A DNA stretch of 64,000 bases from Chiloscyllium plagiosum (GCF_004010195.1 NC_057754.1:9237215-9301214); one strand, 5' to 3'. Numbered from the stretch's first letter, positions 26,380-40,029 are shown. Translations and numbers: made by a program. Notes: generated from the letters alone by a model not told the origin.

Positions 26380-27788
26380 GATGAAAGTGAGGACTGTAGA
26401 TGCTGGAGATTAGAGTCAAGATTAGAGTGGTGCTGGAAAAGCACAGCAGGTCAGGTAGCATCCAAAGAGCAGGAAAATCAACGTTTGAGCCCCTCATCAG
26501 GAATGAGGCTGGGAGCCTCGGGGTGGAGAGATAAATGGGAGGTGGTGGGTCTGGGGAGAAGGTAGTTGAGAGTGCAATAGGTGGATGGAGGAAGGAAGAT
26601 TGACAGGTGGGACAGGTCATGAGGATGGTGCTGATCTGGAAGTTTGGAACTGGGGTAAGGTGGGGGAGGGGAAATAAGGAAATTGGTGAAGTCCACATTG
26701 ATGCCCTGGGGTTGAAGTGTTCCGAGGTGGAAGATAAAGCGTTCTTCCTCCAGGCGTCAGGTGGTGAGGGAGTGGCGGTGGAGGAGGCCCAGGACCTGCA
26801 TGTCCTCGGCAGAGTGGGAGGGGGAGTTGAAATGTTGCGCCACAGGGCGGTGGGGTTGATTGGTGCAGGTGTCCCGGCGATGTTCCCTGAAGTGCTCTGC
26901 AAGAAGGTGTCCAGTCTCCCCAGTGTAAAGGTGTCCTGTCTCTCCCACTGCATCGGGAGCAACGGATACAATAAATGACAGTTGTGGAAGTGCAGGTGAA
27001 ACTTTGATGGATGTGGAAGGCTCCTTTGTGGCCTTGGATGGAGGTGAGGGGAGAGGTGTGGGCACAGGTTTTGCAATGCCTGCGGTGGCAGGGAAGGTGC
27101 CAGGAGGGGAGGGTGGGTTGTTGGGAGGCTTGGACCTGACCAGGTCAGGTTGGAGGTCTGATCTCCATCCAAGGCCCCAAAGGAGCCTTTCACATTGTTC
27201 AAAGTTTCACCTGCACTTCCACGAATGTCATTTATTGTTGAGAACATGCAGGTTCTGGGCATCCTCCACCGCCACTCTCTGGGGAGAAGGTAGTTGAGAG
27301 TGCAATAGGTGGATGGAGGAAGAGGTAAAGGTGATAGGTTGGAGAAGAGGATAGAGCGGATAGATGGGAAGGAAGATTGACAGGTGGGACAGGTCATGAG
27401 GATGATGCTCACCTCCCTCCTCGGAACACTTCAACCCCCAAGGCATCAATGTGGACTTCACCAGTTTCCTCATTTCCCTTCCCCTTCACCTTACCCCAGT
27501 TCCAAACTTTCAGCTGAGCACCATCCTCATAACCAGTCCCACCTGTCAATCTTCCTTCCCACTGATCTGCTCCACCCTCCACTCCGACCTACCACCTTTA
27601 CCCCTTTCTCCAGCCACCTATTGCAATCTCAACTACCGTCTCCCCAGCCCCACCCCCTCCCATTTATCTCTCCACCACAAGGCTCCCAGCCTCATTCCTG
27701 ATGAAGGGCTCCTGCCCAAAGCGTCAATTTTCTTGCTGCTCGAATGCTGCCTGACCTACTGTGCTTTTCCAGCACCACTCTAATCTTG
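26380..27788 (-). mobile_element. Penelope-like element with inverted pLTRs (fold-back) and 15-bp TSD
   Basis: TSD ACAGTCCTCTGTTTA at 26365-26379 and 27789-27803. GIY-YIG remnant 'HLYTGETGHLLAEHFREH' (ORF 26757-27065). Terminal about 350 bp are inverted copies; the interior is rearranged. Confidence 0.88.
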
Positions 27789-28086
27789 ACAGTCCTCTGT
27801 TTACTGACCCTCATCCATGGATACAGTTTCTCACTATCTGCTGTGTCAAGCTCACTGTTACCCCGTTCCCCATCTCCATCATTTCAACAGGGCCATGGAA
27901 TCTTTGTTTAACCTTTCTGCTCTACAGGAGCAATCCTGGAGTCTGGATCCTCTCCATAAAACTGAGCTCATTCATCCCTGGCAGTGGATATGGGGGCTCA
28001 GTGGCCCCACCGCGCTAAGAACCCAGGTTCAATTCCAGCCTTGGGTGACTGTCTATGTGGAGTCTGCAAATTCTCCTCATTTCTGC

Positions 28087-28738
28087 TGTCATAAAGCTAG
28101 TCCATTTTTTTCTAAAAGCTGTTCCTTGGCTCAAGGAGACTCTGTCCTTGATTTTTCTCATGGGGCAATAAATGGGGCTGGTCTCTGATTAGTCTGGTTT
28201 GGTACAGAGATGAAAAGGATTTTGAGAGGCCTTTTGTTTATATGTAAACAGATGAGACTTCAGGTCAAAGTGGTCATGCTTTAGAAGTGACCTCTATAAA
28301 GAGAGGGGAGTGGTCAGCTCTTTAACTAGCTGAGCTGAGCTAAACAGTTTTTAATTCAGTCCTGAACTGGGAAGTTCAACAGGAGCTGTGTGGAGACTCT
28401 CGGTCCTTTCTGCCCCTCAACTTCAACCTGTAAGCATGTGTTCCATTTCTACTGGTTTTTAAAGGGAGTTTGCTTATTGGGACTGTTGTGTGTATTCAGA
28501 ATAGTGTAATTAAGTCTAGCTGGATAGGTTGAGTTCTGTGGGGGATCATTATTCTGTTCTTTGTGTTTCATTGTGTAATTTTGTGAATAAAGATTTTGTC
28601 TGTTTTAAAATCTAGTAGTCAACCTAGCTATCCTACTCCAGGTAATTTTCACTGTATACCTACCAAAACAAATTGCAAAGTTAGGTCTAGGCCTGCCTGC
28701 TTAAGACTGTTTTGAGTGGTCTGGCCCAGTCCATAACA
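28087..28738 (+). mobile_element. Solo LTR (Gypsy-like) inserted into a SINE
   Basis: TG...CA termini; 4-bp TSD CTGC (28083-86, 28739-42); TATAAA near 28295 and AATAAA near 28586. It splits the V-SINE spanning about 27985-29135. Confidence 0.85.
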
Positions 28739-29848
28739 CTGCTGGGTGCTCCAGTTTCTTCCCACAGTCCAAAGGTATGGTAGTGACCATGCTAAATTGT
28801 CTGTGGTGTCCAAGGGTGTGCAGGCTGAGTGGATTAGAGTCAAAATTAGAGTGGTGATGGAAAATCTGATTCCTGATGAAGGGCTTTTGCCCAAAACATC
28901 GATTTTCCTGCTCCTCAGATGCTGCCTGACCTGTTGTGCTTTTCCAGCACCACTCTAATCTTGACTCTGATCTCTAGCATCTGCAGTCCTCACTTTCGCC
29001 AGGCTGAGTGCATTAATCAGGGTAAAGTGCATGGTTACATGGATATGATAAAGAGCTGAGATTTGGTGGGATACATCTTGGAGGGCCAGTACAAACTCGA
29101 TGGACTAAACTGCCTCTACCTGCACTGTAGGAAACTTTGTACTGCAGGCTGAAGGATGTGGTGAGATTTTTGGAAAATACTATCCGTTGGCAGGTGGAAA
29201 CATTGAAACAAAACAAAATAGTCAGTCTGTAGCTTGTGAACCTTTCAAATCTCTTTGTGAATCAGACTCGAAGAAGAGTGAAGGGTGATCTGTCTGATTG
29301 ACCAGAGCTAGTCAAGTCACCTTTCCCTTCTTTAAGATGCTGTGACACTGATGCTGACATTGTTGGCAACTTTACCTGATCTGAGACATTGAAAGAACCA
29401 GGATTAATTGACAAGATCAGGAATTTAAACTGAATCTCAGCTGTGAAGTGATCAGATACGTGGCAACAGACAAGAAGCAGAAGTGCAAGAAGGAGATGGT
29501 TCCAGTTGTAGGAGAGCTGGATCCCAAAGACATGGATGACTCTGCAGTGAATGGGATCAGAAGAGTAAACTGATAGAGGATGATTATCATTCCTGGAAGA
29601 CACCATCTGAAGCTTGAACTCCCTGACTTCTGAAGAAGAGTCACTCTGTCTGTCTCCGCAGATGCTGCCAGAATGGCTGAGTTTCTCTAGCATTCTCAAA
29701 ATCTGTTTGAGGGAACCTTGTAGATTTCACTGCCTCAGTTTCTGCAGTGCAGTCTCTCAATTTGTTCCATTACGAACTTAAAGGTTGGTGGATTGAGTCA
29801 ATTTAAGGATGCGGCCTTCACCGTTTCACCGCATCAGCATTCAACACC

Positions 29849-30105
29849 AAGAAAGGCTAAATACTGCGGATGTCAGAAATCTGAAACAAACACAGAGAAT
29901 GCTACAGAAACTTAGCAGATCTGGCAGCATCTGTGGAGAGAAAAACAGAGTTTATGTTTCGAATCTGGCATTATCTTCTTTAGATCTGGTATGCCTTTCT
30001 TCAGTTCTGAAAAAGAGTCATACAGACTCAAAATGTAAACTCTGTTTCTCTCTCCACAGATGTTGCCAGATCTGTCATAATTCACCAGCATTCTCTGTGT
30101 TTGTT
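29849..30105. mobile_element. Fold-back Penelope-type pLTR insert
   Basis: Arms 29880-29965 and 30025-30108 are inverted copies; imperfect TSD TCAGCATTCAacACC / TCAGCATTCActACC (29834, 30106). Confidence 0.75.
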
Positions 30106-31270
30106 TCAGCATTCACTACCGCACAGTTTTGGATTGTCATGGAGACGTTGGCTGCAAGAAAATGTTCCCCATCGCTTGTTAGTTCTGCCGTTATCCAGTA
30201 AATTTCTTCCCCTTTTCTTCAAATAAATATTCCTTCAAATATGTTGAGAAAATAATTAGACCTCACACTTATGTGCATCCAAGCCACTAGAAATCTATGA
30301 AATGATTCGACCAAATCCTTCAATGATTCACTCTTCCTCAGGTTCAAATGAAGCAAGACAGGGACAAGCTGAGGTATTTCAGCTACAATCCCTCCAATTC
30401 TCTGCTGCCAACAGAAAGTGATGCCTGCACCTGCACCCAGTAAGTTATTGCCCATCCCTGGGACGCGATGAGACCCCAACATGGGCCAGATCTCCCATTC
30501 ACTGAGCACAGATTCAGAACAATGCAGGGAGATTATATCAAGCTCACTAAACCTCCAAGTAGCATTAACGCAGTCCCCAAGTGAGAATGACAGATAAAAC
30601 TCACAGTTTTCTAAATCATTTCACTGCAAAATGCCTTCCTTTTTTTTGAAAGCTGATAGGTGAATCTGACAATTAACACCCTCTGATTTGTGCTATCTAG
30701 AGACTTGTTTTCCATCGTTTATCCATCAGGTTCTGTGTGAGCTTCTGAAAGATGTGCAGGTTATTGAATCCCAGAGGAAACATGAGCTAGGGTGAAATCA
30801 GTGTACTTCCACTGTGTGGCATGAAGAAAGTCAAATGTTCCTGAATAAAAAAAAAGGACAAGAGCATTGAGGATACAAAATTAACTGAACAATAGGAGAC
30901 AGAGAGTAATGGGTTAAAGAACAATTTTGGGTTGGCAGAGGTTTGTAGTGGAGTTCCCCAGAGGTCAATATTGGGACCACTGCCTTTCCTGACATAAATG
31001 ATCTAGTTCTGGATGTGCAGTTGACAATTTCAAAGTTTGTAGTTCACACAAATCTTTGGGACAAAAACTCTGAAGAAACAATATCAACATTTAAAAGGCA
31101 TCTGAGTGGGTATAGGAATAGGAAGGGTTTAGAGGGATGTGAGCCAAGTGCTGGCAAATGGGATGAGATTAATTTAGGATATCTGGTTGATATGGACGAG
31201 TTGGACTGAAGCGTCTGTTTCCGTGCTGTACAACTCTATGTGACTCTAATATAAATCAAAAGGGATTATT

Positions 31271-31590
31271 TTGGGGCAGCATGGTGGCTCAATGCTGCCT
31301 CACAGTACCAGGGTCCCAGGTTCGATTCCAGCCTCAGGCGGCTGTCAGTGTGGAGTTTGCACGTTCTCCCCGTGTCTGCGTGGGTTTCCTCCGGGTGCTC
31401 CGGTTTCCTCCCACAGTCCAAAGATGTGCAGGTCAGGTGAATTGGCCGTGCTAAATTGCCCGTAATGTTAGATGCCTTAGTCAGAGGTAAATGTAGGGGA
31501 ATGGGTCTGGGTGGGTTGCTTTTCGGAGGGTCGGTGTGGACTTGTTGGGCCGAAGGGCCTGTTTCCATACTGGAAGGAATCTAAAGGAAT
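31271..31590 (+). mobile_element. HE1-like V-SINE, nearly full length, inside CR1 remnants (30880-32040)
   Basis: A/B-box head, V-domain 'gtggagtttgcacgttctccccgtgtctgcgtgggtttcctccggg', and tail. Confidence 0.9.
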
Positions 31591-34289
31591 CTAATTCTAG
31601 AGTGTATGGAAGCAGAGAGGTCTAGCTGTATATGTACACAAATCACTGGCGGTGACAGAACAAATGGAGAGATTCGTTAATAAAGCATACAGAATCCTAG
31701 CCTTCATTAATAGGAATCTAAGAGTACACAAGGAGGGAATTTACAATGAACTTAAATTGGACTCATTATACTTCAGTTGGAGTATTGCGTACAGCTCTGG
31801 GTGCTACATTATAGGAAAGATGTGAATGGATTGGAGAGAGTGTGGAATAAGTTTATGAGGTTATTCCAGCATTGAGAAACTTTAGTGATGAGGGAAAATT
31901 GGGGAAGTTGGGTCTGCTGTCTTGCAGAAGCGATGGCTAAAAGGAGATTTTCTCGAAGTTATCAAAATCATGAGTGGTCTGAACAGAGTAGGTAAAGAAA
32001 AAACTGTCCCTGTTTGTAAATGAGAACCAGAGAGCACAGGAGCAGCCAGCAAATGGTACTTCATGTTTGTGGACTCAATTCCCACAATCATTAACCAGAT
32101 CTTGACTGATTCAGAGAAACACATTTCCCGAGCGTAAAGGTTCATGTTTCAGATGGGACTCTCGAAGAGGAATACCTTCTGCACATATTGTACCCAAGCA
32201 TCAACAACCAGCACCAGAAACATGTTTGTCTTACAACTTTGTTGACATAATCTGAACACTTGGGATGGATGTGGGTTGGAAACAAAATACAAGAAAGGGT
32301 ACTGAGGAAAATAGTGAGCTAAAATGTAAGTGAGGAATAGAAATGGGTTCAGCTGGATGGATGAGCAGTACAAATGAACATGGGAGGAGAAAACTAAACT
32401 ATTCAGATATTTTAATAAAATAGGTACATGTGTGTAGCAGTATGAAATACACAAACAATGCCTTCTACTCTCAGCAGGCAAACCACGGCACAGATCGTAT
32501 TTATCTACTATTTTACAACCATACAGGAAATTGTACAAAGACACTGATGTACATTGGTAAAATATGTATTACCATTTTATTTGGATGAACATTATACCAT
32601 ATGACTGAGAGTAAACTGAGACACAAGCAGAGCCTGTCTTAATATGAGAGTATTAATACCCATGTGAAGCAATTCAGGATACTTTTACTACGACAAAAAG
32701 GTGATATATAAATGCACTGCATTGTTGTTGACGAGGGAGTGATTCCATTCTTTGTCTCAGCTGGAAACTCATGGACACGTTCACACCAAGGAGTGTATTT
32801 TCACTAGCTAATTCTGTAATTAACTTATTCAATTATCCCATCGCCAGAGAGAGAAGCGCAGTCGCATTGGAGAGATACCATTCAGGTACTTTGCAAGTGT
32901 GAAATGATTTACTTCATTTTCCCACCTCCAAACTTGCTAACTTTGAATGTTTAAAGGATTTGATGGATAATAAACATCTTCAAACAGGATTGAATCTATT
33001 AAACATTCAGTAATTCATTTCTGCATCTCTCCTACTGAGACACAGTGAGTTTACATGACTTTAGGCTGTTAATACTGCTGTTATTTGTGTCATTTTAGGG
33101 ACTCTTGATTTTCCACTAAGCCCCATACTCATTCTTCCTGACTGATAATGGTAGGTCCATATAGATAGGTTTTTTTGTTAAAAAAAAAATTCACAGGTTT
33201 GGTTTTGCTGGCTCGGCAAGCATTTGCTGCCCATTCTAATTTGCCCTCCAGATGGTGATAAGTCACCTGCTTGAACCACAGCAGTCCATTTTGTACCAAT
33301 ACACCCACAAAATGCTGTTAGCAAGGAAGTTCCAGTATTTTAACCAATAATACTAAAGGAACAGTGACATATTTCCAATGATGAGTGAGTGGCTTGGAAA
33401 AGAACTTGCAGATGGTGTTGTCCTCATGTACCCGATGCCCTGGTCCTTCTGGATGGTAGTGATCATGGCTTTGGAAGAAGCTTTGGTGAATTCCTTCAGT
33501 ACATCTTGTTGCTCCTACTGAACATTAGCAGTGGTGAGGAATGAATGTTTAAGGATGTGGTGACAATCAAGTGGGCTGCTTTCTCCTGAATGGTGTCAAG
33601 CTTCTTGAGTGTTATTAGAGCTGCACTCATTCAGGCAAGTGAAGAATATTCTGTCACACTTGTGCCTTGTGGACAGTCTTTGGTGAGTCAGGAATCAAGT
33701 TACTTGCTGCAGGATTCCGGACTTCTGTTAGAGCCAGATAATTCAGAGGTAAAATTTTGTCTTGTAATTTTATTGAAGAATCCTCTAATCTCAATATTTA
33801 TCTTATGAAAGAAAGTAAATCATGATAAATAATTCACACTTCCCATGACAGGGTCTTTGCCTAGTATTCCCGTGGTGAGGAAATTCCTGTATCTCCAGAA
33901 TACGAAAATGAATTGCGGGCGCAGAATCAGACAGAGCTTGGAACGGAGTCAGTAACGGCAGGGAAGAGGTTTTTTCCACAAACCGTTAAGAGAATGGCGG
34001 CCGAAAGGAGGGTTGAATCCAGACAGTGGTTGGGAAGCCTTCATAAAGATGTCTGCAATACGCGAGCAGGGATAAACAATTTCTCAGCCCCTCGGTTTGC
34101 AGCAAGCAAAGGCCACAGCTGCAAGCCCATTAATGGCTGCCATGTGTGGCTGCCAATTTTATAGGGAGCAATGTCTCTGATGATGGAATGGGTTTGCCGT
34201 TTGTTGTTACATGAGACTCACAGGTACTAGTTTTACCACAACTGGAAGTCTGTGAACATTGGAGGCAATGCAGAGTATGTTCACCAGGC

Positions 34290-34730
34290 TGATCACACAT
34301 ATAGCGGGAGTTTCTCATGGGGAGAGGTTGGGTACTTATCAGAGTTTAGAAGAATGAAAGGTAACCTGATTGAAACATGCAGGACTGGGGACTCAACAGA
34401 GATGATGTGGAAAGGCTATTTCCCCTTGTGGGAGAGTCTAGGACCAGAGGGAATAATTTCAGTGTAAGCGGTTACCCTTATGAGACAGATGTGAGGAGTT
34501 AATTCTTCTGCCAGAGGGTAGTGAATCTGTGGAATTCTTTACTGCAGAATGCTGTCGAGGCTGTGTCATTGTGCATATTCAGGACTGAGACGGATAATCC
34601 ATAAGGGAATCAAGGGTTAAGTGGGAAATGCGGGAAAGTGGAGTTGACGATCATCAGATCCGCCTTGATCTCATCGAATGGCACAGATTTGATGGGCTGA
34701 ATGGTCTATTATTGCTCTCATATATAATGG
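34290..34730 (+). mobile_element. CR1 LINE 3' fragment
   Basis: 'EFRRMKGNLIETC' and a 3'UTR like 69-515. Confidence 0.8.
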
Positions 34731-35009
34731 TCAAATGGTAATTAGTACAAATCCTACCAAGGCGGCTGATGGAATTTAAATTCAACCTAAATCCAATCTC
34801 AACAATAGTGACCAGTGAAACTATCTTTGATCTTTGTCAAAGCCTTTGGCCTAGCAAGCCCAATCAAGGGGAAATTAGGCACGGACAGTTGCTGACCTTG
34901 CCCACATCCCATTGTAGAATAAAGTTCATTCTGAGGAGTTTCACAGGAATGATAGTAACCAATACTGGAGATATATTAGGAGATATCAGGGCAGATGACC
35001 TTGTATTCT

Positions 35010-35885
35010 TGAGATTTGGAAAAGTTTATCGATTTCACTTCCAATTTTCACACCTCCCTCACTTTCACCTGGTCCATTTCTGCCACCTCCCTCCTCTTCC
35101 TGAAAATCTCTGTTTTCATTTCGGGGATAGACTGGCCACCAATATCCACTACAAACTCACCAACTCCCACAGTTACCTCCACTACACATCCTCACACCCT
35201 GTAGATATTCTATTCCATTCTCCCAATTCCTCTATCCCCGTTGCATCTATTCTGATGATGTCAACTTCAATAAGGGAGCTTCTGAAATGTCCACCTTCTT
35301 CCTCAACTGAGGATTCCCCAGTACTGTTGTTGGCAGACCCTGAGCCAGGTCCAAACTATCTCTCATACTTTGACCTTGACACCCTGTCTTCCCTCCCGCA
35401 ACAGCAATAGGGTGGCCTTTGTCATAGAGATGTACAGCAAGGAAACAGACCCTTCAGTCTAACCTGTCCATACTGACCAGATATCCCAACCTAATCTAGT
35501 CCCACCTGCCAGCACCCGGCCCATATCCCTCCAAACCCTTCCTATTTATATACCCATGAAATGTTGCAATTGTACCAGCCTCCACCACTTCCTCTGGCAG
35601 CTCATTCCATACACATACCACCCTCTGTGTGAAAAAGTTGCCTCTTAAATCTCTTTTCCTTCTCATCCTAAACCCATGCCCTCTAGTTCTGGACTCCCCG
35701 ACCACAGGGAAAAGACTTTGTCTATTTATCCTATTCATGCCCCTCATAATTTTGTAAACCTCTACCACAACCATCCCACCAGCATCCACATCCTGAGGAT
35801 CATTGGCTTCCATTTTCACGACCTTCAGAGACTTGCTACCACCAGATACATATTTCCCTCCCGTCCTTTGTCAGTCTTCTGCAGG
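35010..35885 (+). mobile_element. Penelope-like RT remnant interrupted by an antisense CR1 (35423-35765)
   Basis: 'KFIDFTSNFHTSLTFTWSIS...' and 'GDRLATNIHYKLTNSHSYLHYTSSHP' are Penelope RT motifs; the CR1 gives 'FFTQRVVCVWNELPEEVVEAG' in reverse. Confidence 0.8.
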
Positions 35886-36640
35886 CACCAAGTCCGGAAA
35901 GGATTCACTCAGTCATCCAGTTTGCTCATCCATCAACAAATTCACACTGGGGAGATACCATTTACCTGCACTGAGTGTGGGACGGGAATCACTCAGTCAT
36001 CTAAACTACTGACACATCAGAGAATTCACACTGATGAGGGACCATTCAGGTGCTCCTAGTGTAAGATTGGGTTCAGGTGCTTATCTGAACTCAGCATACA
36101 CCAGTGCTCTCACACCAGAGAGAGGCCATTTACTCGTATGTAGTATGGGAAGGGATTTACCAATTCATCCACCTTGCTAAGACACCAACACCCTCACACT
36201 GGGAGGAGGCCATTCATCTGCTCTGACTATGGGAAGGGATTCACTCAATTATCCAGTCTGCAGAGACACCGGTGAATTCATACCAGAGAGAGGCCATCGA
36301 TCTGCTCAGAGTGTGGGAAAGGACTCTCCCATTGAAACAATCTTCTGAGACATCAGCAAAAACATACACGTGAAAAGTTGTTCATCCATTCCAAAGGATT
36401 CAGTCAATTGTCCAATGTTGTGACACACCAGCGAATTCACACTGACAAGAGACCCTTCAAATGTTCAGATTATGGAAAGTGCTATGAAGCTTCAGGGGAA
36501 TTGATGTCTCACCAACGTGCTCACACTGAGGAGAGATTATTCAGGTGCTGGGCTCAAGGGATCATCTCAACTTGCTGTACACAAGCAAGCCCACACTGGG
36601 AGAAGCCATTCACCTGCTTTGAACCAACAACACTGAAGAA
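35885..36640 (+). pseudogene. C2H2 ZNF pseudogene (about 8-9 degenerate fingers), paralog of ZNF-A
   Basis: '[28 protein letters not shown]' and '[37 protein letters not shown]'. In-frame stops (e.g. TAG 36057), lost Cys residues; 5' end abuts a Penelope fragment. Confidence 0.88.
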
Positions 36641-36644
36641 ATGA

Positions 36645-36980
36645 TTAGATTAGATTAGATTAGATTCCCCACAGTGTGGAAACAGGCCCCTCAGTCCAAC
36701 AAGTCCACATCGACCCTCCGAAGAGCAACCCACCCAGACCCATTCTCCTGCATTCACTCGACTAATGCACCTTACACTACGGGCAATTTAGCATGGCCAG
36801 TTCACCTGACCTGCACATCCTTGTTCTGTGGGAGGAAACCAGAGCACCCAGAGGAAACCCACGCAGACACGGGGAGAATGTGCAAACTCCACACAGACAG
36901 TTGCCCGAGGGGGGAATTGAACCTGGGTCTCTGGCGCTGTGAGGCAGCAGTGCTAACCCACTGAGCCACCGTGCCGCCCA
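36645..36980 (-). mobile_element. HE1-like V-SINE, full length
   Basis: (GATTA)4 tail, V-domain, and head 'gggcggcacggtggctcagtgg' in reverse. Confidence 0.92.
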
Positions 36981-37539
36981 TTGGTGAAGTATCTCCAAAA
37001 AAAGACGGTGAGGGATTTGGAGTAGAACCTGCAGTGGTAATGTTCCCGTGTCTCTGCTTGTGCTGACAATCAAACAAATGCTTTTGTCCTGAAATAAAAA
37101 CAGAAGTTGCAGAAAAAAAGCACAGCAGGTCTGGCAGAATCTGTAAAGAGAAGTCAGAGTTAATACTTCGAGTCCAGTGACCCTTCCTCTGAACTGATGG
37201 TAGCTAGGAAAATGTGGATTTTTATGCAGAAGATAGGGTGGGAGAGGGGTTAAGAAATAAATGATAGGTGGGGATAGAGCCCAAAGAGAGAGAAAAACAG
37301 TTGGACAGACAAAGGAGTGGAAAACGATCTGGTTAGGAGGATGAATAGCGATTAATGGGTACAGGAGGGTTTGAGTTATAAGGAAAAGGTAGATGAGCTG
37401 GGGGAAAAAAGAGAAGTAGGGAGAAATGAGATGATGAATAGAGAAAAATTAAACAATAAAGTACAGACAGAAGAGACATTGAACAGCTGGTAAGGAAATA
37501 TTACATTTTTAATAGCTTCAAAGTGCATTACAGCCAGGG

Positions 37540-37995
37540 AGGTCCCAGCATATAAGAGGCTGGATGGGCAGAGACCTTTTTTTCCCTGGAGTGTTCGAGG
37601 CTGAGAAGTAACTTTATAGAAGTTTGTAAAATCATGAAGGGCATAGATAAGGTGAATAGCCAATGTCTTTTCTGCCAGAGTAGGGAATACGAAATCTAGA
37701 AGGCCTGGGTTTAAGTTGAGACAGGAAAGATTTAAAAGGGACCTGAGGGGCAACTTTTATCCCCACAGAGGGTAGTGTGTATATGGAATAAGCTGCCAAA
37801 AGAAGTGGTAGAGGTGGGTACAATCACCCTATCTTCTACAACACTTAAAAGACATTTGGACAGGTACATGGATAGGAATGATTTAAAGGGATATGGGCCA
37901 AGCGTGGGCAAATGGGACCAGTTTAGTTTAGATAATCTGGTCGGCAGTGACGAGTTGGGCTAAAGGGCCTGTTTCTGTGCTGCACATGACTCTAT
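37540..37995 (+). mobile_element. CR1 LINE 3' fragment
   Basis: ORF 37775-37963 'WNKLPKEVVEVG...LKRHLDRYMDR'. Confidence 0.85.
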
Positions 37996-38199
37996 TGTCA
38001 AATAGTTGTCAGTATTGTAGCTGTCTTGAAACAGCATAGCTAGGGACCCAAGAAGCTCTGGTGTCCTGTCAGGGTACATTGCCTTTGCAGTGTCCAGTGC
38101 CTCCAGTTGTTCTTGGCTTCACAGGAAGTGAATTGAATTGGCTGAAGACTGGCAACGGAGATGCTAAGGACCTCTGGAGAAGGCCGAGATTTTTTTTTT

Positions 38200-39590
38200 C
38201 ATTTTGTGGGATGTTTAATCACTAGCTGACCAGCATTTATTGCCCATCCCTTCATGAGCTACCTTCATGAACTGCTACAGTCCACCTGGTGATATATTTC
38301 CAAGTCAGGATGATGAGGTGGTGGTGTTCCCATACATCTGTGTCGGTGGGGGAGGCAGTAGATGCTTGTGGATGTAGTGCCAATCAAGCAGGCTGCTTTA
38401 TCCTGGATGGTATCAAGCTTCTTGAGTGTTGTTGGGGCTGCACTCAGCCAGGCAAGTGGGGAGTATTCCATCACACTCCTGAATTGTGCCTTGCAGATGG
38501 TGGAAAGGACTTGAGGAGTCAGGTGTGAGTTAGCTTGCTGTAGTATTCCTAGCTTTTGACCTGCTGTTGTAGCCACTGTGTTTATGTGGTGAGTCCAGTG
38601 AATGCCTGGTCAATGATAACCCCAAGGCTGCTGATAGTGGGAGAACTCAGTGATGGTAACACTGTTGAATGCCAAAGGCCGGTGGTGAAAATGTCTCTTA
38701 TTTGTGATGGTCATAGCCTAGCAGTTGTGTGGCATGTTACTTGCCACTTGTCAGTCCAAGCCTGGATACTGTCCAGATCTTGTTACATTTAAACATGCAC
38801 TTTTTCATTATCTGCGGAGTCACTGATAATGCTGAACATTGCGCAATCATTGGTAAACATTACATTATAAGGTGAGAAGTGGGAGAGAGGGTCATCGATG
38901 AACTGTGGTTGAGCAGAGGACACTACCCTGAGGAACTCCTCCAGAGATGCTCTGGAGTTGAGATGACTGACCTCCAACAACCACAACAAGTTCCTATGTG
39001 TCAGGTATGATTCTAGGAGGTAAAAACAATGACTGCAGATGCTGGAAACCAGATTCTGGATTAGTGGTGCTGGAAGAGCACAGCAGTTCAGGCAGCATCC
39101 AAGGAGCTTCTTGGATGCTGCCCGAACTGCTGTGCGCTTCCAGCACCACTAATCCAGAATCAGGTACGATTCTAACCACTGGATACCCATTGGTTTCCAT
39201 TGCAAATGTTTCAGCCTTATATTTTGCACTTAAAAGCTGAGCTCTCTCATCTTGTTGAGGGCTTGTGGTCGCTCAATTGTCACTTCATGACTGGACATAG
39301 TAGGACTGCAGACCTTCGATTTGAACTGCTGGTTTTGGAATTATTTTGCTCTGTCTACAACTTGTTGCTCATGTTGTTTGGCACACAAATGATCCTGTTC
39401 TGTAGCTTCACCAAGCTGACGCCTCATTTTTAAGCATTCCAAGAGTGCAGCTCTTGGTATGGCCACATGCCCTCTTCATCGAAGGAGAATTGATCCCCTG
39501 GATTGATGGCAACGGCAAGAATGGACAGGGTATGAGATGGCAAATTGTACTGGTACAATTCTGCTGATAGCCCACAGTGCCTCATGAATA
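38200..39590 (-). mobile_element. Old CR1/L2-group LINE (RT C-terminus); related piece at about 33190-33720
   Basis: ORF 38265-38576 'QKLGILQQ...STICKAQFRSVMEYSPLAWLSAAPTTLKKLDTIQDKAACLIG'; interrupted by a hairpin insert at 39016-39159. Confidence 0.75.
39016..39159. mobile_element. Fold-back mini element (Penelope pLTR type) with 15-bp TSD
   Basis: Near-perfect inverted arms 'gattctggattagtggtgctggaag.gcacagcagttc.ggcagcatccaag'; TSD TCAGGTAyGATTCTA at 39001 and 39160. Confidence 0.82.
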
Positions 39591-40029
39591 AGTTTCTTTG
39601 GTCATTCTGTAGACTCTAAATATTGCTCCTTTTGATTTCAGACACCACATAAATCAAGCTCATAGTAACAGATTGTCGTCTACTGACTTTATTAATAGCA
39701 ATTCAGTAATACACACAGAAGATAGTTAAGCACCCAAAGCACAAGGCAAACAGTGAATTCTGTGCCCTCACCAGATGTATAACAGCTAACCCACCTGGAA
39801 ACAGAGATAAAAATTGAGGTGGACAGCCCATTGTGGGGTATACATTCAAGCCGTAAATGATTTAATCATCTTCTGTGGCTGCTCTCATACCTGAAGCATA
39901 TGATCTGAGATCAGCCTAGACATCCACAGAACTGATGCATCATGTAGTTGTAATTGGTACTGGAGGAATTCCTCCAGTGTTGTGTGGTTTGTATGTTGTT
40001 GTTTTACTCTGATACTGTTGCCCATTGGA

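Noticed and set aside
26360-27412. 350-aa minus-strand ORF
   Set aside because: Pro/Ser-rich off-frame reading of a rearranged Penelope element.
31271-31345. tRNA-like A/B boxes in SINE heads
   Set aside because: They are followed by the V-domain and LINE-like tail, so these are SINEs and not tRNA genes.
35676-36059. 127-aa ORF fusing transposon sequence to zinc fingers
   Set aside because: It joins antisense CR1, a Penelope remnant and pseudogene fingers and ends at a premature stop; no sign of a selected chimera.
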